This document shows positions 8,742 through 18,303 of a DNA stretch of 64,000 bases, piece by piece. This DNA is from an uncultured delta proteobacterium. Lineage in GTDB: Bacteria; Myxococcota_A; Polyangia; Haliangiales; Haliangiaceae. Below the pieces are notes generated by a model. The model was not told where the DNA came from. It worked only from the letters and a program-made list of their open reading frames with translations, and ran no database searches. The position numbers and the translations under genes were made by a program. The stretch spans positions 1,280,001 through 1,344,000 of the forward strand of contig CAWKDB010000010.1 in NCBI GenBank assembly GCA_963848295.1, written 5' to 3'. Numbering within the stretch: the first letter of the stretch is position 1; the number at the start of each line of letters is the position of its first letter.

Positions 8742-9476
8742 ATGGCATTCGCTCAGTCGTCAGCCCGTCCGATCGCAGGCGCAGTCGCCACCCTAGGTGT
8801 CAGCGACCGCGTGACATTTCTCCGCAAGACGTACGCGCACCTCGGCGTCGCGTTGATCGGGTTCGCCGCGATCGCCGGCGGCATGATGCGCTTCATGCCG
8901 GACACCAGCTTCAGGTTCTCGAAGTGGGCGTTCAGCGGCTACAACTGGTTCGCCGTTCTCGCGTTGTTCATGGTGACCGGATACGTCGCCGAGCGGCTCG
9001 CCCGGTCGAACACGTCGCGTGGCCTGCAGTACCTGGGATTGCTGATCGCCGTCGCTGCAGAAGGCGTGCTGATCCAACCGATGCTGTGGGTAGCTATTCT
9101 GCGCTTCGGCGGATCACACGGTCAGTTGATCATCGGCGAGTCGACGCTGATCACCCTGGCGATCTTCATCGGTCTCACCGCCACCGTATTCATCACGAAG
9201 AAGGACTTTTCCTTCTTGCGCGGCATGCTCGCGATCTGCACGTTCGGGGCGCTCGGCGTGATCGTCGCGTCGATGCTGTTCGGGTTCCAGCTCGGCGCGG
9301 TATTCAGCGGCCTGATGATCCTGCTGATGTCGGGTTACGTGCTCTATCAGACGAGTTTGGTGATGAGCTACTTCCCGCCTTCGGGCTACGTCGCCGCGTC
9401 GCTGATGCTGTTTTCGACCATCGCCACGCTGTTCTGGTACGTGCTGCGGCTGATGATGGAGCTCAACCGCCGCTAG
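8742..9476 (+). CDS. Bax inhibitor-1/YccA family membrane protein
   Basis: RVTFLRKTYAHL, KKDFSFLRG, about seven hydrophobic segments; GAGG RBS before ATG 8742. Confidence 0.92.
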   Translation: MAFAQSSARPIAGAVATLGVSDRVTFLRKTYAHLGVALIGFAAIAGGMMRFMPDTSFRFSKWAFSGYNWFAVLALFMVTGYVAERLARSNTSRGLQYLGLLIAVAAEGVLIQPMLWVAILRFGGSHGQLIIGESTLITLAIFIGLTATVFITKKDFSFLRGMLAICTFGALGVIVASMLFGFQLGAVFSGLMILLMSGYVLYQTSLVMSYFPPSGYVAASLMLFSTIATLFWYVLRLMMELNRR

Positions 9477-9496
9477 TTCCACGCGACGGGTTGTCG

Positions 9497-9520
9497 ACGG
9501 GGCCTCGCTTGAGGCCCCGT
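9497..9520. repeat. Perfect hairpin ACGGGGCCTC-GCTT-GAGGCCCCGT (terminator- or REP-like), followed by a second GC hairpin
   Basis: 10-bp stem about 20 nt after the BI-1 stop; no U-tract. Confidence 0.55.
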
Positions 9521-9632
9521 AGCCGTTTCGGCCCCGTACGCGGGGGCCCTCGCTCGCAAGGTGTCGGCCGTCCTTGCTTCGCCGGACAGCCGATCGATCG
9601 ATACGAGCTCGGGCGCGCTATACTGATCGGAC

Positions 9633-10607
9633 ATGTCTGCCGCGCCGGCCCCTGCGCCGATCTCCTCGACCGACATCGGGCTCGTGCGCAAGCTCGAGGA
9701 TGCAGTCGGCAGCGTGATCCGAGGCAAGCCCGACGCGATTCGCGCCGCGATCGTCACGCTGTTATCGCGCGGGCACTTGTTGATCGAAGACATCCCCGGC
9801 GTCGGCAAGACCACGCTCGCGCGCGCGCTCGCGGCGGCGCTCGGCGGCGCGTTCCGCCGCATCCAGTTCACGAGCGACCTGTTGCCGTCCGACATCGTCG
9901 GTGTGTCGATCTACGACCAGGCCGGCAAGGTCTTCGAGCTCAAGCGCGGACCGATCTTCGCGAACGTCGTGCTCGCCGACGAGATCAACCGGACGACGCC
10001 GCGCACGCAATCGGCGTTGCTCGAGGCGATGAGCGAGGGCCACGTCACGATCGACGACACGACCCACACCCTCGCCCAGCCGTTCGTCGTGATCGCGACC
10101 CAGAACCCGGCCGAGCACTACGGTACGTATCCGCTGCCCGAGTCGCAGATGGACCGGTTTCTGCTGCGAATCTCGCTCGGCTATCCCGGCAAGCAGATCG
10201 AGCGCGCGCTGCTCCGCGATCGCGCCGGGGGCGATCCGATCAGCGCGTTGCAACCGGTCGTCGATCTCGGCGCGGTGCGCGCGCTGCAAGACGGCGTCGA
10301 GACGATCCGCGTCGAGGATGCGCTGCTCGACTATGCGATGGCCGTCGTCGAGGAGACGCGGCGTCATCCCGCGATCGCGATCGGCGTTTCGACCCGTGGC
10401 GCGCTCGCCTGGTATCGCGCGGCGCAAGCGACCGCGCTCGCCGCCGGCCGCGACTTCGTCGTCCCCGACGATCTCAAGGGCCTCGCGATTCCATGCCTCG
10501 CCCATCGCGTCGTGCTCGCGCAAGCGCACGATTCGCTGTCGCGGGTCCGGGCCGATGGCGAGCGCGTGCTCGGCGAGATCGTCGGCCGCATCGCCGTCCC
10601 CACGTAG
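9633..10607 (+). CDS. moxR: MoxR family AAA+ ATPase
   Basis: [52 protein letters not shown]. Confidence 0.95.
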   Translation: MSAAPAPAPISSTDIGLVRKLEDAVGSVIRGKPDAIRAAIVTLLSRGHLLIEDIPGVGKTTLARALAAALGGAFRRIQFTSDLLPSDIVGVSIYDQAGKVFELKRGPIFANVVLADEINRTTPRTQSALLEAMSEGHVTIDDTTHTLAQPFVVIATQNPAEHYGTYPLPESQMDRFLLRISLGYPGKQIERALLRDRAGGDPISALQPVVDLGAVRALQDGVETIRVEDALLDYAMAVVEETRRHPAIAIGVSTRGALAWYRAAQATALAAGRDFVVPDDLKGLAIPCLAHRVVLAQAHDSLSRVRADGERVLGEIVGRIAVPT

Positions 10608-10611
10608 CCGC

Positions 10612-11760
10612 ATGGCCTGGTGGAATCGCCTCCGGCGTCGTTGGCGGCCACCGCGTCGGCTGACGTTCACGCGCGAGGGACGGATCATCGTGTTCTTGTC
10701 GGTCGGCGTCGGATTCGCCGCGATCAACACCGGCAACAACCTCCTCTATCTGCTGCTCGGCTGGCTGCTCAGCTTCATCATCGCGAGCGGCATCTTGTCG
10801 GAGCAGACGTTGCGCGGCCTCGTCGTCGACCGCCGGCCGCCCGCGAAGATCTTCGCGAACGAGCCGTTCCTGATGGAGGTCGTGATTCGCAACACCAAGC
10901 CGATGCGCGCGTCGTATTCGATCGAGGTCGAGGACTTGATCGGGCAGCACCCCGCGGTCCCGATCGACAAGCGTTGCTACTTCTTGAAGATCCCCGAGGG
11001 CAAACACCAGCGGACGTCGTATCGCCACACGTTCACGCGGCGCGGCGTCTACACGATCGCGGGCTATCGGCTCGCGACCAAGTTCCCGTTCGCGCTGTTT
11101 CGCAAGTCCAAGGATGTCGACGAGCCGCTGCAGATCCTGGTCTATCCGGCGCGGATCGCGGTGCACCGGCCTCCGTCGCGCGCGCAGGTTCACGGCGAGA
11201 CCACCGCGAATCGGCTCGGCCGCCGCGGCGAGTTCTTCGGCCTGCGCGAGCGCCGCCCCGGCGACGACCGCCGCGATATTCACTGGAAATCGAGCGCGCG
11301 CACCGGCCGCTTGCTCGTGCGCGAATACGAAGACGAGCTCGCCCGCCGCGTCGTGATCGTCGTGGACAACGCGTTGCCGCTCGCGGTCCGCGACGCCATC
11401 GCCGCGGGTTCGACCGACGAAGCGATCGGGCCGTGGTCCGAGGGCATCGGCTCGCTCACCCCCGCCGACGAAGCGAAGGTCACCGCGGTCGAGCGCGCGA
11501 TCTCGACCGCCGCGAGCCTCGCCGCGACCTATCTCGAGACCGGCTGGACGGTCGAGCTCGTCGCTCGCGAGACCCATGTCCCGGCCGGCGTCGGCCGGAT
11601 GCACGAGGCGAAGATCGGCAAGGCGCTCGCGTTGCTCGGCTACGTGTCCGACGAGGTGGCATTCGCGACGATCGCGCCACGGGTCGAGACCGTGTTGATC
11701 CGGCCGCGCGGCGTCGAGGTCATAGGTCGGCCGCGCACGAGCTCGGTGGTGGACGTATGA
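10612..11760 (+). CDS. DUF58 domain protein
   Basis: AAINTGNNLLYL, EFFGLRERRPGDDRRDIHWKSSARTGRLLVREYE; directly after moxR. Confidence 0.92.
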   Translation: MAWWNRLRRRWRPPRRLTFTREGRIIVFLSVGVGFAAINTGNNLLYLLLGWLLSFIIASGILSEQTLRGLVVDRRPPAKIFANEPFLMEVVIRNTKPMRASYSIEVEDLIGQHPAVPIDKRCYFLKIPEGKHQRTSYRHTFTRRGVYTIAGYRLATKFPFALFRKSKDVDEPLQILVYPARIAVHRPPSRAQVHGETTANRLGRRGEFFGLRERRPGDDRRDIHWKSSARTGRLLVREYEDELARRVVIVVDNALPLAVRDAIAAGSTDEAIGPWSEGIGSLTPADEAKVTAVERAISTAASLAATYLETGWTVELVARETHVPAGVGRMHEAKIGKALALLGYVSDEVAFATIAPRVETVLIRPRGVEVIGRPRTSSVVDV

Positions 11761-13916
11761 AGTTCGCGGTCGCCCACAAGCTGACGACCTATCTCATGGT
11801 CGGCTGCGCCTACCTCGCGATGATCGCGGGCGGCACGATCGCGCCGCCGATCGCGTTCGCCGGCCTCGTCGCGTTCGTCGCGTCGTGGTGGTGGGAGCCG
11901 CCGCGGATCCGACTCGAGCGCTGGACGTGGCTGTGGACGGTCGGCTCGCTGCTCGCGCTCGCGTATTGCGCGCTCACCGCGATCGCGACCGGCGATTACC
12001 TCGGCGTCGGCGCCGAGTTCTTGATCTGGTTGATGATCGCAAAGGCGTTCAACCGCCGCGCCGCTCGCGATTGGCAGCAGATGTACTTGCTCGCGTTCTT
12101 GATGCTCGTCGCGGGCTCGGTGCTCGACGCCGATCTGTCGTACGGCCTGTGCTTCCTGGGCTTCGTGATCGCGTCGACCTGGGCGCTCACCCTGTTTCAT
12201 CTGCGCCGCGAGATGGAGGACAACCTCCTGATCAAGCACGCCGCCGATCGCTCGTCGGAGCGCGTCGAAGTGCGGCGGATCCTCGACTCGAAGCGGATCG
12301 TCGGCCGGCGGTTCTTCGTCGGTACCGGCCTGTTGTCGTTCGGCGTATTTCTCGCCGCCGCGATCGTGTTCCTCGCGCTGCCGCGCGTCGGCTTCGGCTT
12401 CTTCTTGAAGAGCCGGAGCAGCCTGCTGCTCACCGGGTTCTCCGAGAACGTCACGCTCGGCGGCCACGGCCTGCTGAAGTCGGATCCGACCGTCGTGATG
12501 CGCATCGAGATCGACAGCCGCTACGGCGGCCGCGACGCGCCTCAGATCCACTGGCGCGGCATCGCGTTCGACAGGTACGAGGGCGGCCACTGGAGCCGAA
12601 CCGCACGAGCGCCGAAGACCAACGACTCGGTCGACCGGCCGAGCGCGGGCGTCGATCGCCACGAGATCGCATGGCGCGACGTTCCGATGGGCGATCCCGA
12701 CAGCACCGCGATCAAGCAAGAGGTCTGGCTCGATCCGATCGACTCCGACGTGCTGTTCGGCGCGAGCCTACCGCACGTGTTCGAGCTCGCGTCCGTGGTC
12801 CGGCGCTCGATGAAGGACCTGCGCAACGACGAGATGCGGCTCGATCACTCCGGCACGATCCACTACACCGTGTGGTCGCAGCTCGCGCCGCCGAGCGCCG
12901 CAGCGCTGCGATCGGCGGAGGGCCCGCTGCCGGCGGGCTACGAGGTGTATCTGCAGCTGCCGGACACGGGTCGCCACGCGATCACGCAGCGCACGCGCGA
13001 CCTCGCGCGCACGATCACGACGCCGTTCGCGAACAACTACGACAAGGCGGTCGCGATCGAGCGCTGGCTCGACCGGAACCTCAGCTACTCGCTCGAGCTC
13101 GAGGAGCCGCACAGCGAGCCAGTCGACGACTTCTTGTTCCGGCGCAAGCGCGGCCACTGCGAGTACTTCGCGTCGGCGTTCGCGGTGCTCGGGCGCGCCG
13201 CCGGCATCCCGACCCGGGAGGTCGATGGGTTTCTAGGCGGCGAATGGAACGAATACCAGGGCTACGTCGCGGTGCGCGCCGGAGACGCTCATGCCTGGGA
13301 CGAGGTCTACTTCCCGGGGCGCGGCTGGGTCACGTTCGATCCGACGCCGCCGGGCAACGACACGCTCGATCGCGGCGGTGATGGCTGGCGCGCGCGGCTC
13401 GGCCGGTTCCTCGACACGTTGCGGTTCCAGTGGTCGAAGTGGGTGATCGAGTACGACCTGGTCGCGCAGCTGGGGTTGTTCAAGGACATCGGCAACGCGC
13501 TCTCGCGGGCGGCGATCGCCACGCGCAACGCGGTGTTCCACCACTGGCCGATCGGCCTCGCGGGCGTCGCGCTGATCGCGCTTGTCGTCGTGATCCGGCG
13601 CAAGCGGCGCGGCGATCCGCGCGCCCCCGCGCAAGCGAGGGCTCGACCGCGCACGCGTGGCCCGATCGCGCAGCTGTTCGACCGCGTGGCGAAGCAGCTC
13701 GCGAAGGCCGGCGTGGCGCGCGAACCGGCGACCACGCCGCGCGAGCTCGCTGATCGGCTGAAGGCGCGGGGCCACGCGACCGCGCTGCCGGTCCGGGAGC
13801 TGGTCGAGCTGTACTACGCGGCGGAATGGGGCGGCCGGCGCGATCCCGACGCCGAACGCCGCGCCGCGGTGCTCGCCGAGGCGATCCGCGAGGCGCTCGT
13901 CGCGCGACGGCGGTGA
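11757..13916 (+). CDS. TgpA-like transglutaminase (DUF3488 + transglutaminase core + DUF4129-like C-terminus)
   Basis: N-terminal TM bundle; GHCEYFASA, HAWDEVY, WVTFDPT catalytic C/H/D; ATGA overlap with DUF58. Confidence 0.93.
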   Translation: MKFAVAHKLTTYLMVGCAYLAMIAGGTIAPPIAFAGLVAFVASWWWEPPRIRLERWTWLWTVGSLLALAYCALTAIATGDYLGVGAEFLIWLMIAKAFNRRAARDWQQMYLLAFLMLVAGSVLDADLSYGLCFLGFVIASTWALTLFHLRREMEDNLLIKHAADRSSERVEVRRILDSKRIVGRRFFVGTGLLSFGVFLAAAIVFLALPRVGFGFFLKSRSSLLLTGFSENVTLGGHGLLKSDPTVVMRIEIDSRYGGRDAPQIHWRGIAFDRYEGGHWSRTARAPKTNDSVDRPSAGVDRHEIAWRDVPMGDPDSTAIKQEVWLDPIDSDVLFGASLPHVFELASVVRRSMKDLRNDEMRLDHSGTIHYTVWSQLAPPSAAALRSAEGPLPAGYEVYLQLPDTGRHAITQRTRDLARTITTPFANNYDKAVAIERWLDRNLSYSLELEEPHSEPVDDFLFRRKRGHCEYFASAFAVLGRAAGIPTREVDGFLGGEWNEYQGYVAVRAGDAHAWDEVYFPGRGWVTFDPTPPGNDTLDRGGDGWRARLGRFLDTLRFQWSKWVIEYDLVAQLGLFKDIGNALSRAAIATRNAVFHHWPIGLAGVALIALVVVIRRKRRGDPRAPAQARARPRTRGPIAQLFDRVAKQLAKAGVAREPATTPRELADRLKARGHATALPVRELVELYYAAEWGGRRDPDAERRAAVLAEAIREALVARRR

Positions 13917-13925
13917 TGTGACCGA

Positions 13926-13954
13926 TTGACACCCGTCATACAAAACCGTAGATT
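13926..13954 (+). promoter_or_regulatory. Sigma70-type promoter of the RHH-GNAT TA operon
   Basis: TTGACA (13926-13931), 17-nt spacer, TAGATT (13949-13954). Confidence 0.75.
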
Positions 13955-13971
13955 TATCGGCGGAAGTCCCG

Positions 13972-14241
13972 ATGAGCAAAGAGACCCAGATCTCGGCGCA
14001 GATCACAGAGTCCACTCGCGAGCTGCTCGAGCGCCACGTCCGGAAAACCGGCGTGAAGAAGGGCCACCTGGTCGAGCAGGCGCTGCTCCATCACCTCCAG
14101 GCGCTCGACGAGCTGCCGGCCGAGCTCGTGATCCATCCGCGCATCGTCGTATCGAAGCAGACCGGGGTCGATCTGCTCCGTCGTGCGGAGTCGGCCGAGC
14201 CGACGCCGGCGCTGCGCGAGCTGTTGCGCGATGCAGATTAG
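13972..14241 (+). CDS. Putative RHH-type antitoxin (TacA/AtaR/DUF1778-like)
   Basis: 89 aa; TQISAQI beta strand followed by helices; C-terminal PTPALRELL typical of GNAT-TA antitoxins; overlaps the GNAT gene. Confidence 0.75.
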   Translation: MSKETQISAQITESTRELLERHVRKTGVKKGHLVEQALLHHLQALDELPAELVIHPRIVVSKQTGVDLLRRAESAEPTPALRELLRDAD

Positions 14242-14761
14242 GGCGCTCCGCCCCGAGGACAACCGCGCTGCTTTTCACTCCGGTGACGATACGCTCGACC
14301 GGTTCTTCCATCGCTACGCCGCGCAGAACCAGTTTCGCCACTACCTCGGCGTCACGTACGTCGCGCTCGAGCACACCGCATCGCCCGGCCGCATCGTCGG
14401 CTTCGCGACGGTCGCACCGCGACACATCGACATCGACGATCTGCCCCAGAAAGCCCGCAAGGCGTTGCCGCGATACCCGGTACCGGTCTTGGGACTCGCG
14501 CGCCTTGCGGTCGACCTGGACGCGCAAGCGATGGGTGTCGGCTCGCAGCTGTTGCGCTTCGTCTGCCAGCTCGCGCTTCGTCTCGCCGGCGAGGTCGGGT
14601 GCGTGGGAGTCGTCGTCGACGCCAAACCAGACGCGACCGCGTTCTACGCCAAGTACGGCTTCACGCCGTTCGATGTGCTCGAAGGGTCGGCGGAGGCACG
14701 GCCCCGCCCGATCGCGATGTGGTTGCCGATCCGGGCGATCAGGGCGGCCCTGCCTCGGTGA
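14231..14761 (+). CDS. GNAT acetyltransferase toxin (TacT/AtaT-like)
   Basis: FHSGDDTLDRFF, PVPVLGLARLAVD, QAMGVGSQLL, VVVDAK, AFYAKYGF. Confidence 0.85.
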   Translation: MQIRALRPEDNRAAFHSGDDTLDRFFHRYAAQNQFRHYLGVTYVALEHTASPGRIVGFATVAPRHIDIDDLPQKARKALPRYPVPVLGLARLAVDLDAQAMGVGSQLLRFVCQLALRLAGEVGCVGVVVDAKPDATAFYAKYGFTPFDVLEGSAEARPRPIAMWLPIRAIRAALPR

Positions 14762-14889
14762 CGCGAGCCACGCCACGGCGGTGCCAGATTGGCGCTTACT
14801 TGAGTCGGAGATCGCCGCGTGTTATCGAGAGTCGTCGTCGGAAAACGCGCTCCTCCGCGGCGGCCCACCCCTTGCAAACCAGGTCCCCG

Positions 14890-17160
14890 ATGCTGCGCTC
14901 AGCTCTGCTCGCCATCGTCCTCTGTGCGGGCTCGGTCGGCGTCGCCCACGCCCAGCTCGCCGACGGGTCGACGTTGTCGTTCACGATGAAGTTGTTCCTA
15001 CACGAGAACAACAATCAGACGCCGACGCTCCCGATCACGCAGCCGACGTCGCAACAGCACTACTTCAATTACGCCCACTGCGTGTGCAGCGCCCCGGGCG
15101 TCCAGCGCACGGTGTCACCTTGGTACGAGAACACCTTCGCGTGGCAGATCGAGCTCAACAACCCGGTCACGCCTCAGCACATCCCCCTGGAGATCTGGGT
15201 CGGCGACAGCTGCAGCGCGGACGCGGTCACCCGATCGATGCAGTGCCATCAGATCACGAGCGCCGGCGTCTCCGATATCTCGACGCTGACCAGCTCGGGC
15301 GGCGGCTTCGCGCAGCCCGAGGTCCCGGTGTTCGACCTGATGGAGCCGACCCCCGGCGCGACCGAGTGCGACCAGCAAGTGCTCGCGGCGAACGAGTGGA
15401 TCGTCGTGAGCACGATGAACACCGGCGTGCCGGACTACTTCGTATCGCAAGAGATCGACACCGACTCGTTGCCGCCACCGGTGCCGACCGTGTTCCAGGC
15501 CGAAGGCGCGGAGAGCGCGATCAACCTGTCGTGGACCGCGGCGAGCGGCAACATCGCCGACATCGCGTACTACCAGGCACTGTGCGCGGATCCCGAGGGC
15601 AACCCCGTCACGACGAAGCCGCTCGCCGCGCGCTACATCACGCCGCGTACGCTGTGCGGCGCCTCGACCGACGCGTGCCTCACCGCGATCACACCCTCGA
15701 GCCCACAGCCGCCGATCATCGACCTCGACGCCGGCGTACAGGATGCCGGCGTCGACGCAGGCGTATCCCAGACGTGCACGACCCCGCCCGCCGACTTCCC
15801 GACCGGCCTGTCGCAGCTCGATCCCGCGTTCATCTGCGGCGAGACCACGAACCCGACTGCGACGAGCTTGCGGATCGAAGGCCTCAACGACAACGTGCCA
15901 TATAGCGTCGAGCTCCTCGCGATCGATCTTGCGGGCAACGCCGCCGGCGTTTACTTCACGTCGACGCTCACGCCCAAGCCGGTCACCGACTTCTGGGAAG
16001 ACGTCCACGACCGCGGCGGCGACATCAAGGGCGGGCTGTGTCTGATCGCGGAGACCTACGGCGACGACAACCCGCTGACCAGCATGATGCGATCATTCCG
16101 CGACGACACGCTGGGCCAGACCGCGTATGGCCGGTGGCTGAGCAAGGTCTACTACGCATCGATCGGCAAGCTCGGCGCGGTCGTCCACGGCCACATCGTG
16201 TTGCGGATCATCTCCGGCGTGTGCCTGCTGCCGCTGATCGCGCTCGCGCTGCTGTGGCATCTGTTCACGCTGCCCGGCCTCGTCATCCTGAGCGCGCTCG
16301 TCGTGATGCGCCGGCGCAAGCTGCTGCGCGCTCGGCTCGTCCGCGTCGGCGCGACCGCCGCGATCGCGCTGTGCGTGCTCGCTCCACGCGTCGCGCGCGC
16401 GCAAGGCACGCCGTACTGGGATAACGCGCCCGACGCCGACATCAACCAGCCACCGCCCGCCACCGCGGACCAAGCGGATCTCGTGAAGTGGCACGTCTCG
16501 GTCGCGGTCGGTCCGTACACGCCGCAGATCGACAAGCAGCTCGGCCTCACGCCGGGGCCGTACAAGGCGATGTTCGGCGGCTACTCGATCCTGCCGCAGA
16601 TCACGCTCGACCGCGTGTTGTGGCACAAGTACGGCCAGCTCGGGATCGGCGCGAGCATCGGCTACATGAGCAAGAGCGCTCACCCGTTCCAGGACATGAC
16701 CGATCCGAGCGATCCGGATCGGCCGCGGTCGTCGGGCGACACGAACTCGTTCACGCTGATCCCGACCGCGCTCACCGCGTTCTATCGGTTCACGATGCTC
16801 GACGACGACTACGGCATCCCGATCGTGCCGTACGCGCGCGTCGGCCTCGACTACTACGTGTGGTGGGTCAAGGCGCCGAACGGTGGGTTCGCGAAGGTGT
16901 GCAACGACGGCGGGATGGAGCCCGATTGCAGCCAGAACAAGGCGCTGGGCGCCAGCCTCGGCATCCAAGGCACGATCGGCATCTCGATCCGCGCCGAGCG
17001 GATCGACGCGGCCGCCGCGCAATCGATGCACGACGGCGGCATCGAGCACGCCGGCTTCTTCGGCGAGGTCGAGCTCGCCGACGTCGACGGGTTCGGCGAG
17101 TCCGGCAAGCTGTCGGTCGGCGACACGACGTGGTTCGCCGGCGTCGACTTCGAGTTCTAG
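14890..17160 (+). CDS. Fusion of Cys-rich/Fn3 surface domain, CFI-box-CTERM-like region and MXAN_2562-like OM beta-barrel
   Basis: Signal peptide ..VAHA; Fn3-like INLSWT and LRIEGLNDNVPYSVELLAIDLAGN; GGLCLIAETYG..MRSFRDDTL..GRWLSKVYY; TM segments; barrel ending WFAGVDFEF. Confidence 0.75.
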   Translation: MLRSALLAIVLCAGSVGVAHAQLADGSTLSFTMKLFLHENNNQTPTLPITQPTSQQHYFNYAHCVCSAPGVQRTVSPWYENTFAWQIELNNPVTPQHIPLEIWVGDSCSADAVTRSMQCHQITSAGVSDISTLTSSGGGFAQPEVPVFDLMEPTPGATECDQQVLAANEWIVVSTMNTGVPDYFVSQEIDTDSLPPPVPTVFQAEGAESAINLSWTAASGNIADIAYYQALCADPEGNPVTTKPLAARYITPRTLCGASTDACLTAITPSSPQPPIIDLDAGVQDAGVDAGVSQTCTTPPADFPTGLSQLDPAFICGETTNPTATSLRIEGLNDNVPYSVELLAIDLAGNAAGVYFTSTLTPKPVTDFWEDVHDRGGDIKGGLCLIAETYGDDNPLTSMMRSFRDDTLGQTAYGRWLSKVYYASIGKLGAVVHGHIVLRIISGVCLLPLIALALLWHLFTLPGLVILSALVVMRRRKLLRARLVRVGATAAIALCVLAPRVARAQGTPYWDNAPDADINQPPPATADQADLVKWHVSVAVGPYTPQIDKQLGLTPGPYKAMFGGYSILPQITLDRVLWHKYGQLGIGASIGYMSKSAHPFQDMTDPSDPDRPRSSGDTNSFTLIPTALTAFYRFTMLDDDYGIPIVPYARVGLDYYVWWVKAPNGGFAKVCNDGGMEPDCSQNKALGASLGIQGTIGISIRAERIDAAAAQSMHDGGIEHAGFFGEVELADVDGFGESGKLSVGDTTWFAGVDFEF

Positions 17161-17212
17161 CAGCCCACTGCCGGCGTGGATCTCGAGCCCGATGGCTCGT
17201 CGAAGGCCAGTC

Positions 17213-17240
17213 TTGCCATTCGGGCTATTTTGGCTATATT
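17213..17240 (+). promoter_or_regulatory. Sigma70-like promoter with GGCTAT direct repeats (probable operator); probably leaderless
   Basis: TTGCCA-16nt-TATATT ending 6 nt before ATG 17247; GGCTAT at 17223 and 17232. Confidence 0.55.
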
Positions 17241-17246
17241 GGATGC

Positions 17247-17594
17247 ATGCGCGATGACTCGGTGAAGCGTTTGCGTGCATCGCTCCGCTCGGTGACCACG
17301 GTGGCTGCGAGCGACGCCAAGAACCAGTTCGGTCAGGTGCTCGATTCCGCGCTGCGCGGGGGCGCGGTGGTCATCACCAAGCACGACACGCCCAAGGCGA
17401 TCCTGATGTCGATCGAGGAGTTCGAAGCCATGACGATGCCACGGCAGAGGCTCGACGCGCTGACCACCGAGTTCGACACGATGTATGCGCGGATGCAGAC
17501 GCCCGAGGCGCGCGCGGCGACGACCAAGTTGTTCGCCGCAACGCCGGCCGCGCTCGGCGCCGCGGCCGTGAAGGCAGCGCGTCGCAAGAGGTAG
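17247..17594 (+). CDS. Phd/YefM family antitoxin
   Basis: TVAASDAKNQFGQVLDSALRGGAVVITKHDTPKAILMSIEEFE is a canonical Phd N-domain. Confidence 0.88.
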   Translation: MRDDSVKRLRASLRSVTTVAASDAKNQFGQVLDSALRGGAVVITKHDTPKAILMSIEEFEAMTMPRQRLDALTTEFDTMYARMQTPEARAATTKLFAATPAALGAAAVKAARRKR

Positions 17595-17598
17595 CCGC

Positions 17599-18240
17599 GT
17601 GGGACAGATCTTGGTGCTGGCCGGGACCAACGGCTCGGGCAAGACCAGCGTGGCGGGTGCGTTCCTGCGGGCGCACGGCGGCACCTACTTCAATCCCGAC
17701 GAGGTCGCGCTGGCGTTGGTGACGAGCCAGCCGTCGCTCGCGATCCGCGAAGCGAACAGCCTCGCCTGGCACGAGGGCAAGCGGCGGCTCGAGACCGCGA
17801 TCGCGGCCGGCCACGACTTCAACTTCGAGAGCACGCTCGGCGGTCGGAGCATCACGCGGTTGCTCCAGCACGCGATCGATGTCGGCGCCGAGGTCGTCGT
17901 CTGGTACGTCGCACTCGCGAGCCCCGAGCTGCACCTCGAGCGCGTGCGTGCGCGCGTCACCGAGGGCGGACATGACATTCCCGAGGCGGAGATCCGCAAG
18001 CGCTACGACACGAGCCGGCTGAGCTTGATCGACCTGATGCCCGGGCTCGCCGAGCTCCGGGTCTACGACAACAGCAAGCACGCCGACCTCGCGAACGGCG
18101 AAGCGCCCGAGCCGCGGCTGATCCTGGCGATGACGAAGCAGAACATCGTCGATCACTGCGCGCTCGCGACCGCTCCAGGGTGGGCCAAGCCGATCCTCGC
18201 GGCGGCGTTCGCGATCGATCCGGCGCCGCAGCGGCGCTGA
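17599..18240 (+). CDS. Zeta-toxin-like P-loop kinase/ATPase
   Basis: VLAGTNGSGKTS, FNPDE, FNFESTLG, RVRARVTEGGHDIP, VYDNS; 4 nt after the Phd gene. Confidence 0.82.
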   Translation: MGQILVLAGTNGSGKTSVAGAFLRAHGGTYFNPDEVALALVTSQPSLAIREANSLAWHEGKRRLETAIAAGHDFNFESTLGGRSITRLLQHAIDVGAEVVVWYVALASPELHLERVRARVTEGGHDIPEAEIRKRYDTSRLSLIDLMPGLAELRVYDNSKHADLANGEAPEPRLILAMTKQNIVDHCALATAPGWAKPILAAAFAIDPAPQRR

Positions 18241-18303
18241 CGATCGCGTCGGGCTGCTGCCAGTCGCCGAGCCACCGCGCGATTCCGTGGTAACGAAGTG
18301 ACC

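Noticed and set aside
10620..11756. Long N-terminal extensions and Arg/Ala-rich overlapping ORFs (also 23178-25871, 28512-31208, 51411-53105, 55067-58003)
   Set aside because: Shadow ORFs expected at high GC; they overlap well-supported genes and lack recognisable motifs.
9633..13916. MoxR-DUF58-transglutaminase as a novel system
   Set aside because: A widespread, previously described gene triad.
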